From: a virus
Lineage: Duplodnaviria > Caudoviricetes
Direction: 5' to 3' (one strand)
IMG/VR virus record: IMGVR_UViG_3300025600_000004
Span: 1-64,000 of that record
Length of the DNA stretch: 64,000 bases
The position numbers and the translations under genes are program-made. The notes under the pieces were generated by a model. The model was not told where the DNA came from. It saw only the letters and a program-made list of their open reading frames with translations, and did no database searches. Below are positions 18,715 through 29,361 of this stretch, one piece after another. The number at the start of each line of letters is the position of its first letter. The first letter of the stretch is position 1.

Positions 18715-21700
18715 ATGGCAGGCGACGGTATCATACGCACATCCATCGTAGTCGATAATACCTCAGTAAAATCAATGATGCAATCCATCAAAGAACTCAA
18801 AGCAGCCGTAGCAGACCTTAAAGCCCAAGGCAAAGGCTCTGCAACGATGTTCAACGGTGAACTCGCAGGTGTCAAAGAATTACAGGGAGTCATCAAGCAA
18901 CTCCAGGCTGATATGAAGGCATTGCGTAACAACGCATCCCCAGGCAAATCCAATGTCACTAAAGGCGTCAATGATGCTGTAGATGAAACCTCTGCAAAAC
19001 TAAAGACTCTCCAAGCCAAAGTCAGAGAAGCAATGGTCGCTGCGGATAAAGCATGGCAGAGTGGCAGTGGATTCAAGACAGCCAAGGATAGCTTTGGTAA
19101 TGCACTGAATCAACTCACGGCATTCAAAAGAGACCTTGGAACTCTATCGATTGGTCAAGAGAAATCATTGTACTCCAACCTTCGCAGAGGACTCGATGAG
19201 GGCTCCGCATCTGCTAAGGTGCTCACTGAGCGCATCAAAGAATTAAATGCAGAAACAGCAAGGAATAAAGCCATAGACTCTCCGAAGGTCGCCAAGGTGG
19301 AAAGCATTAATTCATCACAAATAACCGATGGAATCAAACAGGCCAAGCAAAACATCCTTGCCATTGATAGGCAAATATTTGAACAACTTCAGAAAAACAA
19401 TGGCGCAGAGACTCAAAGGACAGCGGAGTTGCGTAGACAAAAGGCAGAACTGGAGTCGCAAGTCAATGCGTTGAAAACTCCAAAGACTGTTCCAAGTTAC
19501 CAAGGGTACACTCAGCAAATCAGTGCAGCTAAAGCCAAAACTGAAGAACTATACCAAGTGATGTTAAGGACTAACAACGCACAATCCAAGTTGGATTTCG
19601 CCACTGCAAGGACAGGGCTTATGTCAACAATTAAGGAATCCAATGCGTTCAATGCATCACTTGGCATCGGTATAGATAGAGCTGGTGGACTTGGATCTCT
19701 TATGCAAAAGCTCCGTTCGCACACGAATTGGATCATCGCTGGTGGAATGATCAGCGCGGCCGTAGGAATTCCAATGGCGTACATTAGCACACTCAAAGAA
19801 ATCGAAGTAGGCATGGCGGGTATTTCTCAGGTACTCCCTGCTGTCCATGGAAACCAAGTAGCATTAAATCAAGTATCAAGGGAATTCGTAGGCATCGCAC
19901 AGGAATACGGTGAATCCGTCAATGGAGTTATCGAAGCTGGAAAATTATGGGGACGAGCGTACAAGGATATCCCAACACTCATGGCATTCACCTCAGCATC
20001 GGCAAAGTTAGCAGTTGCAGATAACTTCGGACTCGCTGAATCTAACAAAGCCCTCGAAGCAACACTCGCACAATATGAATGGAGAGCAAAGTCTGCAGCG
20101 GAGGCTACTGCGTACTCAATGAGAGTCGTGGACACATGGACTGCTGTGGCACATAATGCACAAGTATCAGCGCAGGATCTTGCAATGGCGAATGAAAGAA
20201 CCGCAGGTGTAGCAAGGATGGTTGGTGTGGAGTTCGAATTTCTCCAGGCGATGGTCGCTGCTGGCGTAAAAAATACTGGAAGATCGGGACAGGAAATCGG
20301 CAATACTTTGAAAACCGTCTTCGGATCAATTCATAGTGACAAAGCAGTCGGTGAAATCGAAGCCATCGGTGTAGCTATGAAAACCACTGCTGCCGATGGA
20401 ACTCAGAAGTGGCGTAAAGTTCAAGATGTCATCGTTGACTTAGCCATAGCTACCAGAGCAACAACTAAGGATGTCGAAGGATTATTCAAAGCTGCTGCGG
20501 GTGGGAAGTTCCAGTGGGCAAAGTTTTCCTCTATGCTTGACTATGATGAACTTATAAAAGTCTATGCTATTGCAGTAAACTCCGCTGGTACAACCGAGAA
20601 ACAAATTGCTATGCAAATGGATACAATCTCAAGGAAGGTCGAACAACTCAAAGCAACCATGGTGGGTCTCACGACAAATTCAGGTGGTACATTAGCTAAG
20701 TTCATCAAGGATGCTATTGATAACTTCTCAAGATTCATCAATATATTAAACAATGTTTCAACTACGACATATACAGTGGCATCTAAGATGCTCGGTGCTG
20801 CACTGGTAGTAGCTGCGGGTGTCAAAGTATGGCAACAGCTTGGCATAGTACTGGGAATATACAGAGGTGCTCTCTTAGCATCATCCGTAGCGACCAATGT
20901 AAATACTGCATCCCAAGCATTAAACACTGGAGCTCAGATATCTGGTGCTATGGCTCAAGGTGCTAAGACTGGGGCATCAGTGGCTAACACCGTAGCAACC
21001 AATGTAAACACTGCTGCCCAAGTAAGGAATGCCATAGCTACTACGATTGCCACTGGAGGTCTTAACCTTATCATTCCAGTTCTTGCAGCATCAGCCATAG
21101 CATTAATGGGATATTCTGCGGTGACTGGGGATGCAACGAATTCCACAGATAAACTAGGTAGATCATTGGATGACCTTGGTAAAATGCAGGAAGAAACTGG
21201 AATCAAAGAAAACCTGATCCAATCATTGAAGCAAAGGTATGACTATGTAGACACTCTTACTAATGCACACGATAAATTGACTATAGCACTATCTAAGGAG
21301 TCTGAGGGTAGTAAAGAATACAATAAATTGCAGAAGAGTCTTGGAGCAACACAAGAACAACTCGCGAACATCGTTGGTGTCACCACTGGAGAGATAGTAC
21401 AAGATGGAGTCCTTCGGATGGACTTGATTAACCAAGAGAAAACCAATATGGAAACCAAGGCAGAGGGGATCAAGAAGGAAATCTCTAATCTCAAAGTCGC
21501 ACAGATAAAATACACTGAGCAATCCATACAATCTGCTCAGGATCGCATTGATGCGTTGGGAACTGAAACTAAAGCATGGGGACTCCTTGCACAAGCTCAG
21601 ATGTGGGCAATGGAACAATATGCTGGTGTTATGGATCTACAGATAGCAGCCAAGCAATTCATCTATGATCAAACACCAGATACTTTGAAAACTGAGGCAT

Positions 21701-23403
21701 CAAGGGCAAGCATTCAGTCTGACAAAGATTATAGAGAGTCACTAAGAAACTACAAACCAACATCGGTCACCGAAGAAATCAATGCTAATGCACAGAAAAT
21801 CACTGACTTAGGACTCAAGAAAGCACAGATAGCAATGTCAAACATTGATTATGATACTACGAATTCTGGGGCAACAGTGAACCCCGACGATCCTGCAAAG
21901 CCCAAAGCAGAACCAGGACTAGGAGCCAAGGACACCGCAGAATCAACAGCGGAGAAACTTGAGCTACACACTGAAAAGCGCAAGCTCGCTGAAATTCTGC
22001 ATAATGCAAAGTTGGCAGACAATGTATTCTCAGAACTCATGGACAACATCAAGTCTTACGAAGAAATCCATGGTGAAGACTCGTACAGCATCTTAGAATA
22101 CATGAGAACAAGGGCAGACAAAGTTAAACTCCTTAAACTTCAGAATGAAACCCTAGAGAATGACATCGGTGGACTCGATGTTCTCATTGACGCATACATC
22201 GCCACCAATGCTGAACTTAGTGGTAAACTGGCTGGCAAGGATGCCAAAGGTAACACATTGGGATACGGTGATATGACTAAGAATCAAAAGACTTATCAAC
22301 GCACCATCAATGCTGACTTAGTATCCAATGACAGTAATCTTAGTGCATACACTGGGCTCCGTGATAAGGCAGAGGAGAAGCAAGGCTCCAACAATGTAGA
22401 AATTACCAAGCTAAACAATGATAATGACAGGATTGCCATAGGTGACACTCAGAATCGTTCGAAGGTTCATAGTAGAAACCTAGATGCCATAAATCTACAA
22501 AGCGATTCTAAGGATGCCAATGATTTCAGTAATGATCCCTTGGTTGCTAAAGAAGCTGCACTGAGAAAATTCAGAGTTACAGCCACAGAGAACTATAGAT
22601 ATCTAGGTGAACTTGAAAGTAACCTTCGGAAAGCTAAGTTGATAGAGGTTAACGAGGAAGATGCATTGCTAAGGGCAGCAGCTATGGAGCAGGTTAGGAT
22701 CGCACAGGAAGCCTACGACAAACAGCGACTCATCATCGACAAAGCATACAAAGAGCAAGCCAATGCAGCCCGTGCTAAAGACATGGCAATCAGAGAATCC
22801 TGGTATTCCGTAGCTGACGATATGATTGTCAAAGGAAACACACTCCGTAGCATCGTTGATGGATTATGGAAAGGCTTGGCATCCGATGCGCTCAAAGCCA
22901 TTACTGGAGTGTCTAAGAAAGGCGAAGAAGGAACAATGTTCCAAACCCTGCAGAGGCTTATGCATCCCAAGTCTGACAACGGAACCCAGGGTCGCGGTGG
23001 TAACATTCCCGTCAGCATCGGACGCTGGGAATTACCTCAAACTGGGACTAACTCAGACTGGCAGGGCATCTCAGATAAGTACTCTGTCAAACCTAAGACT
23101 AACTACTTCGGACTCGCAAGCCAGCTAGGGATATTCAAAGGGACTAACGTAGTGGCATCAGTATCTCCTCGCACTACTGCGACTGCCAATGCCATCGCGG
23201 GTAAAGGCAGTAATTATGCAGGTCAACTTAGTCAGATGCAGACACAACTTGGACAGGTAGTGCAGGTCTTGACATACATGGCAAATAACAATGCTGCCAA
23301 GTCAGCCACTGGAACCAACGTGGCAGTGCTGCAACAAGGACAGTCTAATGAATCCTTTGCTAACCAGCTTAACATAGTGAAATCCTTGGGACTGCTTGGA
23401 TAA
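18715..23403 (+). CDS. tape measure protein
   Basis: 1562 aa, Ala/Gln-rich helical; TP901-type core (E.GMA.I..V...A..YG.S...V). Confidence 0.92.
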   Translation: MAGDGIIRTSIVVDNTSVKSMMQSIKELKAAVADLKAQGKGSATMFNGELAGVKELQGVIKQLQADMKALRNNASPGKSNVTKGVNDAVDETSAKLKTLQAKVREAMVAADKAWQSGSGFKTAKDSFGNALNQLTAFKRDLGTLSIGQEKSLYSNLRRGLDEGSASAKVLTERIKELNAETARNKAIDSPKVAKVESINSSQITDGIKQAKQNILAIDRQIFEQLQKNNGAETQRTAELRRQKAELESQVNALKTPKTVPSYQGYTQQISAAKAKTEELYQVMLRTNNAQSKLDFATARTGLMSTIKESNAFNASLGIGIDRAGGLGSLMQKLRSHTNWIIAGGMISAAVGIPMAYISTLKEIEVGMAGISQVLPAVHGNQVALNQVSREFVGIAQEYGESVNGVIEAGKLWGRAYKDIPTLMAFTSASAKLAVADNFGLAESNKALEATLAQYEWRAKSAAEATAYSMRVVDTWTAVAHNAQVSAQDLAMANERTAGVARMVGVEFEFLQAMVAAGVKNTGRSGQEIGNTLKTVFGSIHSDKAVGEIEAIGVAMKTTAADGTQKWRKVQDVIVDLAIATRATTKDVEGLFKAAAGGKFQWAKFSSMLDYDELIKVYAIAVNSAGTTEKQIAMQMDTISRKVEQLKATMVGLTTNSGGTLAKFIKDAIDNFSRFINILNNVSTTTYTVASKMLGAALVVAAGVKVWQQLGIVLGIYRGALLASSVATNVNTASQALNTGAQISGAMAQGAKTGASVANTVATNVNTAAQVRNAIATTIATGGLNLIIPVLAASAIALMGYSAVTGDATNSTDKLGRSLDDLGKMQEETGIKENLIQSLKQRYDYVDTLTNAHDKLTIALSKESEGSKEYNKLQKSLGATQEQLANIVGVTTGEIVQDGVLRMDLINQEKTNMETKAEGIKKEISNLKVAQIKYTEQSIQSAQDRIDALGTETKAWGLLAQAQMWAMEQYAGVMDLQIAAKQFIYDQTPDTLKTEASRASIQSDKDYRESLRNYKPTSVTEEINANAQKITDLGLKKAQIAMSNIDYDTTNSGATVNPDDPAKPKAEPGLGAKDTAESTAEKLELHTEKRKLAEILHNAKLADNVFSELMDNIKSYEEIHGEDSYSILEYMRTRADKVKLLKLQNETLENDIGGLDVLIDAYIATNAELSGKLAGKDAKGNTLGYGDMTKNQKTYQRTINADLVSNDSNLSAYTGLRDKAEEKQGSNNVEITKLNNDNDRIAIGDTQNRSKVHSRNLDAINLQSDSKDANDFSNDPLVAKEAALRKFRVTATENYRYLGELESNLRKAKLIEVNEEDALLRAAAMEQVRIAQEAYDKQRLIIDKAYKEQANAARAKDMAIRESWYSVADDMIVKGNTLRSIVDGLWKGLASDALKAITGVSKKGEEGTMFQTLQRLMHPKSDNGTQGRGGNIPVSIGRWELPQTGTNSDWQGISDKYSVKPKTNYFGLASQLGIFKGTNVVASVSPRTTATANAIAGKGSNYAGQLSQMQTQLGQVVQVLTYMANNNAAKSATGTNVAVLQQGQSNESFANQLNIVKSLGLLG

Positions 23404-23417
23404 ACAAAAGGAGAGCC

Positions 23418-23783
23418 TTAGTTGGCTCTCTGTAGTATTGCATCGATTGACGGTTGGTTTATTCCATCGAGCCACGCAGACTTATCCTTGGGATTGTTGA
23501 TGCTTCTATGTATCATAGTCCCCTCGCTGTCAAAGCTCTCATAGGTGACACTACACCACATCTTAGTATCCTTGTTGATCATTAGTGTCATCAATGAATA
23601 TCCTCCACTTTTCGTGGGACTCTTAGTTGTTGCTTTGACTACCTCATCATAATCCACAGTCATACTCTTGATGCTGTTGACATCCACTAATGCGTAGTCG
23701 TCTATGGGCTCCCATTGAGGTGTTGTGAAGCCGATGCTTGTCCAAAGCATCCCCAGAATCACCAAAGTCACTATGCGTTTCAT
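23418..23783 (-). CDS. moron: small secreted protein
   Basis: Signal-peptide-like N-terminus; own promoter TTGCAT-18-TATGAT (23806-23835) and GGAGGG RBS; opposite strand inside the tail operon; hairpin GAGAGCC/GGCTCTC at 23411-23430. Confidence 0.75.
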   Translation of the reverse strand: MKRIVTLVILGMLWTSIGFTTPQWEPIDDYALVDVNSIKSMTVDYDEVVKATTKSPTKSGGYSLMTLMINKDTKMWCSVTYESFDSEGTMIHRSINNPKDKSAWLDGINQPSIDAILQRAN

Positions 23784-23841
23784 AGTTTACCCTCCGTTTC
23801 TTCCTATCATACCACAATTTACCACAGAAATGCAAGAGAGT

Positions 23842-23871
23842 CCATTGTACCTGCCTAAGAGGACGCTGGTG
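23842..23871 (-). repeat. repeat B copy 2
   Basis: Minus strand CACCAGCGTCCTCTTAGGCAGGTACAATGG. Confidence 0.88.
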
Positions 23872-23948
23872 GCACTTTGGCATTTCACTAAGCCTATCCA
23901 TAGGACACCTAAGATTAAACGTAGCTGTAGCGACATACGGAGGTGGTT

Positions 23949-24374
23949 ATTTCGGAGGTTTCAAAGTATACATCGATTCCCTACGTATTCAATGGCAGAT
24001 CCAAGGAAGGCTGTGATTGCCTAGGACTCATCATAGAAATATTTAAGGATGAGCAGTGGAGTCCTTCGTTTGACGATGGCAAGCTCATAGAAGAACAATG
24101 GTGGGTCAAAGAAAAGTATAGGTTGCTCAGATATCTCATGAAGACAATGACACCCATAAAAAACATAGAAGCCCTAGAACCCAATGATGTGCTTTATTTC
24201 TCCATAGGAGGCGAAGCACATCTTGGGTTCTTACTTATGTATGGCAGGGTGCTGACGACGTTTGTCCCAGGATGTAAGCATTGGGATGGCAGTGAATTCC
24301 CAAGTCGTTCAATGATCATACACAGAAATATGTGGAACCAGGGCTTCATCGCAGGGTTCCGAAGGAGGTCTTAG
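23949..24374 (+). CDS. NlpC/P60 family tail-tip protein (lambda gpK-like)
   Basis: IPY..GRS.EG.DCLGL and H.G motif. Start is probably ATT 23949; the ORF track uses GTG 23943. Confidence 0.8.
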   Translation: MSEVSKYTSIPYVFNGRSKEGCDCLGLIIEIFKDEQWSPSFDDGKLIEEQWWVKEKYRLLRYLMKTMTPIKNIEALEPNDVLYFSIGGEAHLGFLLMYGRVLTTFVPGCKHWDGSEFPSRSMIIHRNMWNQGFIAGFRRRS

Positions 24375-24375
24375 T

Positions 24376-24735
24376 ATCGACACGTTTAGTTGGAAAGCAA
24401 GGGGCACAGTGAAGCCTCGGACTCAAGCTATGAATACAAGGTTAGAATTCTCTGCTGGCAATGAACAAATCTTCCGTACATCTGTGAACCCAAAGGTGAC
24501 CTGGGAATTCACCATTGAAGGCGTAGTGGAAACAATGAATGATATCCAGGACTTCTTTGAAGCTCACTCTGATGGAACACAGTTCTACTACATTGACTAT
24601 CGAGGGGAGCAGCATAGGGTTCGCTTTGAGAAGGATGCCTTCGAACCCACTGGCAACATCGGATGGGATCAGGATGGCTTTGGTGTCAAGGGATTCAGTG
24701 TAACCATAAATCTCAGGAAGGTGTGGAGCACATGA
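24376..24735 (+). CDS. distal tail protein (lambda gpM/Dit-like)
   Basis: (M)DTFSW N-terminus after GGAGG + 7 nt; FFEAH.G..F motif. ATC start inferred. Confidence 0.65.
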   Translation: MDTFSWKARGTVKPRTQAMNTRLEFSAGNEQIFRTSVNPKVTWEFTIEGVVETMNDIQDFFEAHSDGTQFYYIDYRGEQHRVRFEKDAFEPTGNIGWDQDGFGVKGFSVTINLRKVWST

Positions 24736-25559
24736 TAATACTGCCTGTGATCATCAGTGATGCCAAAGACAAAGACATCGTTTTCTTCATTGAGCTCTAT
24801 CGCATCCAACTCGCCTCTGGAGCCATCTACTTCAACAATAGTGACATTGACATTCCCTTCTACATCCAAGGGACAGAGACTCCAGTGACATACCTATCGA
24901 ATCCCATTGAGCGCGGAGACCTCAAGCAGTCTGTGGATAACAGGGTAGACAACTGCACAATCAAAGTAAACAATGTCACCGATGATTTCACTAACTTACT
25001 CTTTGGCAGCTTCGACTTCCGAGGGAGTAACGTGGATATCCTGCAGATTAGTTACCCGAATTCCCTTGGAAATCCTACGGCATACAAGCACACCTTTGCG
25101 GGTTATATTGATACTCCCAGCTTAGACGAATCAACAAAGACCTTCGAAGCAACATTGAAAGCCCGAAGTCCAAACCTTGAAACATACAGAACAGTCAAGG
25201 GCACATGCAATGCCTGGTTCGGTGATACCGATGAATGCGGAGTTGCTCAGGAGTCCAAGGCATCCACCGTACACGCTGGATCAACACAGTACACCATATA
25301 TGACCCAGTAATTACAGAAGCATCGGGGCATTGGAACAATGGAGTCCTTACGATAGGCTTTGAATCCAAGAAGATTGTGTCGTCAGCGGTAGGCTTAGTA
25401 ACCGTAGAATTCCCGTTTTACTCAGTGCCAGCCGTGGGTACGGTGTATTCAATGGTGACAGGCTGCGATCATACAAAGAATGACTGTAAGAGACATAGTA
25501 ATCTGACGAATTTCAGCGGATTCCCTGCAGTGGTCTTCGAATACCAAGTCAAAACTTAG
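24732..25559 (+). CDS. tail-tip protein (lambda gpL / DUF2163-like)
   Basis: C...FGD..CG and GCDHT..DC..H.N..NF.GFP cysteine motifs; ATG 24732 overlaps the upstream stop. Confidence 0.75.
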   Translation: MIILPVIISDAKDKDIVFFIELYRIQLASGAIYFNNSDIDIPFYIQGTETPVTYLSNPIERGDLKQSVDNRVDNCTIKVNNVTDDFTNLLFGSFDFRGSNVDILQISYPNSLGNPTAYKHTFAGYIDTPSLDESTKTFEATLKARSPNLETYRTVKGTCNAWFGDTDECGVAQESKASTVHAGSTQYTIYDPVITEASGHWNNGVLTIGFESKKIVSSAVGLVTVEFPFYSVPAVGTVYSMVTGCDHTKNDCKRHSNLTNFSGFPAVVFEYQVKT

Positions 25560-25572
25560 GAGGTGATGAATC

Positions 25573-27762
25573 ATAGGGAAGAGCACTGGCAAAACAATTT
25601 TATCCATAGCTGGCATCGCATTCGGCTTAGGAGGCACAGGCTCCTGGGGATGGCTAGGGAAGGGCATAGCTGGCGGTGGATTGACGGGGGCAATGGCAGG
25701 ACTATCCCTCGCATCAACGATATGGTCTGCGTTGCATCCACCGACTACTACGTACAACTTCGACGCAACTAAGAATGTCATAGCCAATGATGCAATGATA
25801 CCCATAGTATATGGCACGAGGAAGTGGGGAGGCATACAAACCTGGGCATTCACAGCCTCCGATGGAGCCACGCAGACCAAGGATATCATCATATCCGAAG
25901 GTAATATCAGCGGAGTCTCTGGCATAACGGCGAATTGCCTATTACTCACCACTGGTGATACCTTGTTCTCTCTGCAGAATGCAGTGTACGCAGATGCCAC
26001 TGTTCACGTCTACGAGTCTGGGTCACCTACACCGAATGACAAGGTACTCGCATTGTATGCCAATGGAGCTACGACCAACATCGCATTACAAGGACTCTCA
26101 GATATAGCTACGGATCAATCCAATGACTTCTCGTGTTCTGGGTTAAAGCTCATGCAACACATAGAAGAACTAGGGACTGGCTGGGTAGTAACGAATAACG
26201 CTGGGGTCGATGTATCCCCAGAAGATATCTATGCGGTGGCATCGACCCCAGCGTATAAAGCCGAGGTGAATCTCTGTGGGAAAGGCATAGATAACTGCAG
26301 CTACACCTTTAGTAACGGTGGGCTCCCAGATAACTATGAAACCGTAGGCAGCTATAAGAACTGTGCATGGCTAAGGGCGAAGTTCAAGATATCAGAGAAG
26401 TTACAGGGGACAAACCCGACCATCTCCGCAGTAGTCAAAGGTAGACTTGTGTATGATCCTCGTAGCGGAGTTACCGCGTATTCTGAGAATCCAGCGTTAT
26501 GCCTAAGAGACTATGTACTCAGCAAACGCTTCGGCATGGGTCGATGGATTAAAAACACAGACCTCGATGAAGATTCATGGATGGAAGTCGCTGATCACTG
26601 TGATGGTCTAGTGAGTTACACGGATGCCTACGGGCATACAGTGACAGAACCTCGGTATCGTCTCAATATCATCTTAGCAGAGAAGCAGAAGAACATAGCT
26701 AACATCCAAGCCATCCTTGCAGTCTTTGCAGGGTTCTTAGTTTTTTCAGGGGATAAACTGAGTCTTCGCGTGGAGAAACAGGAGAGTATATCGTATTCCT
26801 TTGATCCATCGAATATCAAGAAGGATTCAGTGAAGTTTGACCAAGTAGACCTTGAGTCATCCCCAAATCGCTATGAGATTACTTACTATGATCCAGCGCA
26901 GAACTGGGTAGGAGTCAAGGTTCAAGTCGAAGACTCCGCAGACCAACATTGGCGTGGCAATGTAATTAACAAGGATGTCCAGTTGCAAGGCTGCATACAT
27001 CAAGGACAAGCATTGCGTCTAGGGCGCATCTATAAGGCGTTGAATAGGCTGTGTCCTAACATTGTAACCTTCTCCACTGGAACCCATGCGCTCCACCTGC
27101 AACCTGGGGATGTCATTGGATTCACCTATGGAATACTAACGAACATGTCGATGCGAATCCTGAGCATCAGTGAATCCAAGGGTACATGGACTATCAAGGC
27201 TCAACAGTACAATCTTAGTATTTACGACGATGCCCTGGGTTCACAGATATCTGTGAGCAACTATGTACAAGTACCCATAGCAACCTTAGTTAGTGCTAAT
27301 AATCCAATGATGTCAGGCACAGCTACAATAAACGAGGTCACAGTCGCAGTAGCCACTGACGTATCCGATGCACTGACCACAGCAAAGACATACACAGATA
27401 GTGCAGTGTCTAGCATAGTACTGCCTGACTCTGGGATCACCGCAGGAACCTATCGCAGTTTGACAGTGAATGCCAAAGGAATCGCAGTGGCAGGGAGTAA
27501 TCCCAGCACCGTAGCTGACATTGGAATAACCGATGTATATACGAAGACACAAGTGGATGCCAAGGATGGAACTAAGGCAAACTCTGCAAGCCTCGTAAGC
27601 ACTGGGCCAACGATACTAGGGTGCTCTGCGATTAGTGGCACTGGGGCATTAGCAAGCAAACAAATGAGCTTCTATGTAGATGAGACAACTAATCTTCTGT
27701 ATCTAATGTATAAAAGAAGCGATGGTGTTGTCAAATCATACTCATTAACACCATACGCATAA
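25573..27762 (+). CDS. tail-tip/central fibre protein (gpJ-like) with fibre repeat
   Basis: IPIVYG.RK.GG, NPALCLRDY, C-terminal SGITAGTY.S.TVNAKG...G.NP fibre repeat. Frame is open from 25570 and the only SD lies at 25559. Confidence 0.85.
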   Translation: MGKSTGKTILSIAGIAFGLGGTGSWGWLGKGIAGGGLTGAMAGLSLASTIWSALHPPTTTYNFDATKNVIANDAMIPIVYGTRKWGGIQTWAFTASDGATQTKDIIISEGNISGVSGITANCLLLTTGDTLFSLQNAVYADATVHVYESGSPTPNDKVLALYANGATTNIALQGLSDIATDQSNDFSCSGLKLMQHIEELGTGWVVTNNAGVDVSPEDIYAVASTPAYKAEVNLCGKGIDNCSYTFSNGGLPDNYETVGSYKNCAWLRAKFKISEKLQGTNPTISAVVKGRLVYDPRSGVTAYSENPALCLRDYVLSKRFGMGRWIKNTDLDEDSWMEVADHCDGLVSYTDAYGHTVTEPRYRLNIILAEKQKNIANIQAILAVFAGFLVFSGDKLSLRVEKQESISYSFDPSNIKKDSVKFDQVDLESSPNRYEITYYDPAQNWVGVKVQVEDSADQHWRGNVINKDVQLQGCIHQGQALRLGRIYKALNRLCPNIVTFSTGTHALHLQPGDVIGFTYGILTNMSMRILSISESKGTWTIKAQQYNLSIYDDALGSQISVSNYVQVPIATLVSANNPMMSGTATINEVTVAVATDVSDALTTAKTYTDSAVSSIVLPDSGITAGTYRSLTVNAKGIAVAGSNPSTVADIGITDVYTKTQVDAKDGTKANSASLVSTGPTILGCSAISGTGALASKQMSFYVDETTNLLYLMYKRSDGVVKSYSLTPYA

Positions 27763-27774
27763 GGAGGTAATGAC

Positions 27775-28131
27775 ATGGCAGGAATCTATGATTTACAGAT
27801 CGACCAAGGAGCCACATTCAGCCAAGGGTTCGCATGGCAGGACGGTGTAGGCAGAGGAATTAATCTCAATGGGTACACTGGGTCTTGCGTCATCCGTAGG
27901 TCTGCACAGGATGCCACAGTATTGGCTACGGCCTCCGTAGTTATCACCGATGCACTCAATGGTAGATTCATGGTGATGATGGACTTCACTGACACAGCAG
28001 GGATATCCGTAGATGGTACTAGTTGCTATGACAAGCTACAGTATGTCTTCGATGTATATTTCACCAATGGAGTTAGTAGATACAGAGTAGTCAATGGGTA
28101 TGCCTATGTATCCCCACAGGTGACACGATGA
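27775..28131 (+). CDS. baseplate/fibre attachment protein (BppU-like)
   Basis: YDL.IDQGATF...NL.GYT...IR...YV.DV motifs. Confidence 0.6.
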   Translation: MAGIYDLQIDQGATFSQGFAWQDGVGRGINLNGYTGSCVIRRSAQDATVLATASVVITDALNGRFMVMMDFTDTAGISVDGTSCYDKLQYVFDVYFTNGVSRYRVVNGYAYVSPQVTR

Positions 28132-28322
28132 GCAAAGTTAACAAGGAATATTACAGTATTGTTATGGGAGAGCCTATGAGTTCAATAGATCATATAGGAC
28201 ATCAAGGAGAACTAGGTGTATCACCTGGTATCATAGGAAATCCAGGAAATGTAGGACTTCGAGGAGCCTTGTATGATACAAGCATCCATGATACAGCAAC
28301 GAATACGGAGGTGGCGCAATGA
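28128..28322 (+). CDS. short collagen-like protein
   Basis: Gly-X-Y stretches; ATGA overlaps on both sides. Confidence 0.5.
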   Translation: MSKVNKEYYSIVMGEPMSSIDHIGHQGELGVSPGIIGNPGNVGLRGALYDTSIHDTATNTEVAQ

Positions 28323-29158
28323 GTGATTACATAGTAATATCTGAGGGTAGCATGGGGGTTCAAGGAGCTACGGGGGCTACTGGGCCTACTGGCGATATAA
28401 CCGCTGGACACGGAACTATGACTGGTGCTGAACAAGGGCCAATCCTAGTACTTAACAATGGGGTGGACTCTAATTACCTTGAATTTGCAAAGACAGGACA
28501 TACAGTCAAGGGGTCAGTTGGTGCTCTTGGGGCATTCGAGATGAATATTAGCTATAATATGGACTATAAAACTGGAATCCATAAATACTACGATTCCACC
28601 GAAAATGCCCATTGGATCGCCATGAATGACAATGGAATATATCTGCAATACGCCCCTAAGAATTATGTAACTGACGGTGATATTTGGGATGAACAAGGAA
28701 GACTTTATAACTGGCGCGTTGACCCATCAGGACATCAAACTATTGGTGGACACTTAACCATTGGGGAGCATTTGACAGATTTTGCAGTGATCGAAACGGC
28801 TAATACCACAGCAAGTTTAGCCTTAAATACTAATCAATCAATGGTATTTAACATCAATGCTATTGGGAGCAATCCTGGTACATCTTACTTTTGGGGAGTT
28901 GGCAGAAGTAGACTAACTGATGGGACAACTCTAATGAAGCTTACAAGTGATGGTCACCTTGGCTTAAAGGTAACAGATCCTCAAACTACATTGCATACTG
29001 GTGGCAATACCATTATTGGAGTAGATGGGGCTGGCGCAACGACGTCATGGTTAGGCAATAAGCAATGTTTGATATGGTTACTTGATGATACTACTTTACG
29101 CTTTAGCGTTAAAGGGTCAGATGGAGTTACAAGAGCTGCTTCACTAACGCTAGTATAA
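28319..29158 (+). CDS. tail fibre / receptor-binding protein
   Basis: N-terminal GVQGATGATGPTG collagen repeat, beta-rich body, AT-richer than the upstream tail genes. Confidence 0.7.
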   Translation: MSDYIVISEGSMGVQGATGATGPTGDITAGHGTMTGAEQGPILVLNNGVDSNYLEFAKTGHTVKGSVGALGAFEMNISYNMDYKTGIHKYYDSTENAHWIAMNDNGIYLQYAPKNYVTDGDIWDEQGRLYNWRVDPSGHQTIGGHLTIGEHLTDFAVIETANTTASLALNTNQSMVFNINAIGSNPGTSYFWGVGRSRLTDGTTLMKLTSDGHLGLKVTDPQTTLHTGGNTIIGVDGAGATTSWLGNKQCLIWLLDDTTLRFSVKGSDGVTRAASLTLV

Positions 29159-29177
29159 ATAGGAAGGGGAAATTAAA

Positions 29178-29336
29178 ATGATAGAACAAATTAAACAACG
29201 TCAAAATGCACTATTGGTAGGATTGGCTGATTTATTCGTACAGAAAGAACAACTTGAAACAAGGATTGATGGTCAGAAAATAGCAATACAAGAATTAGGG
29301 AATTTGATTAAAACAGTGGAAGAACCGAGCGTATAA
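29178..29336 (+). CDS. small coiled-coil protein (possible fibre chaperone)
   Basis: 52 aa after an AAGGGG RBS. Confidence 0.55.
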   Translation: MIEQIKQRQNALLVGLADLFVQKEQLETRIDGQKIAIQELGNLIKTVEEPSV

Positions 29337-29361
29337 CACATAGGGATGATGCAATGTTATT

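Noticed and set aside
20885-21030. Near-duplicate ATNVNTA segments in the tape measure
   Set aside because: Ordinary low-complexity tape-measure repeats.
25573-29158. Diversity-generating retroelement or invertible fibre cassette
   Set aside because: No reverse transcriptase, no TR/VR pair, no serine invertase and no flanking inverted repeats.
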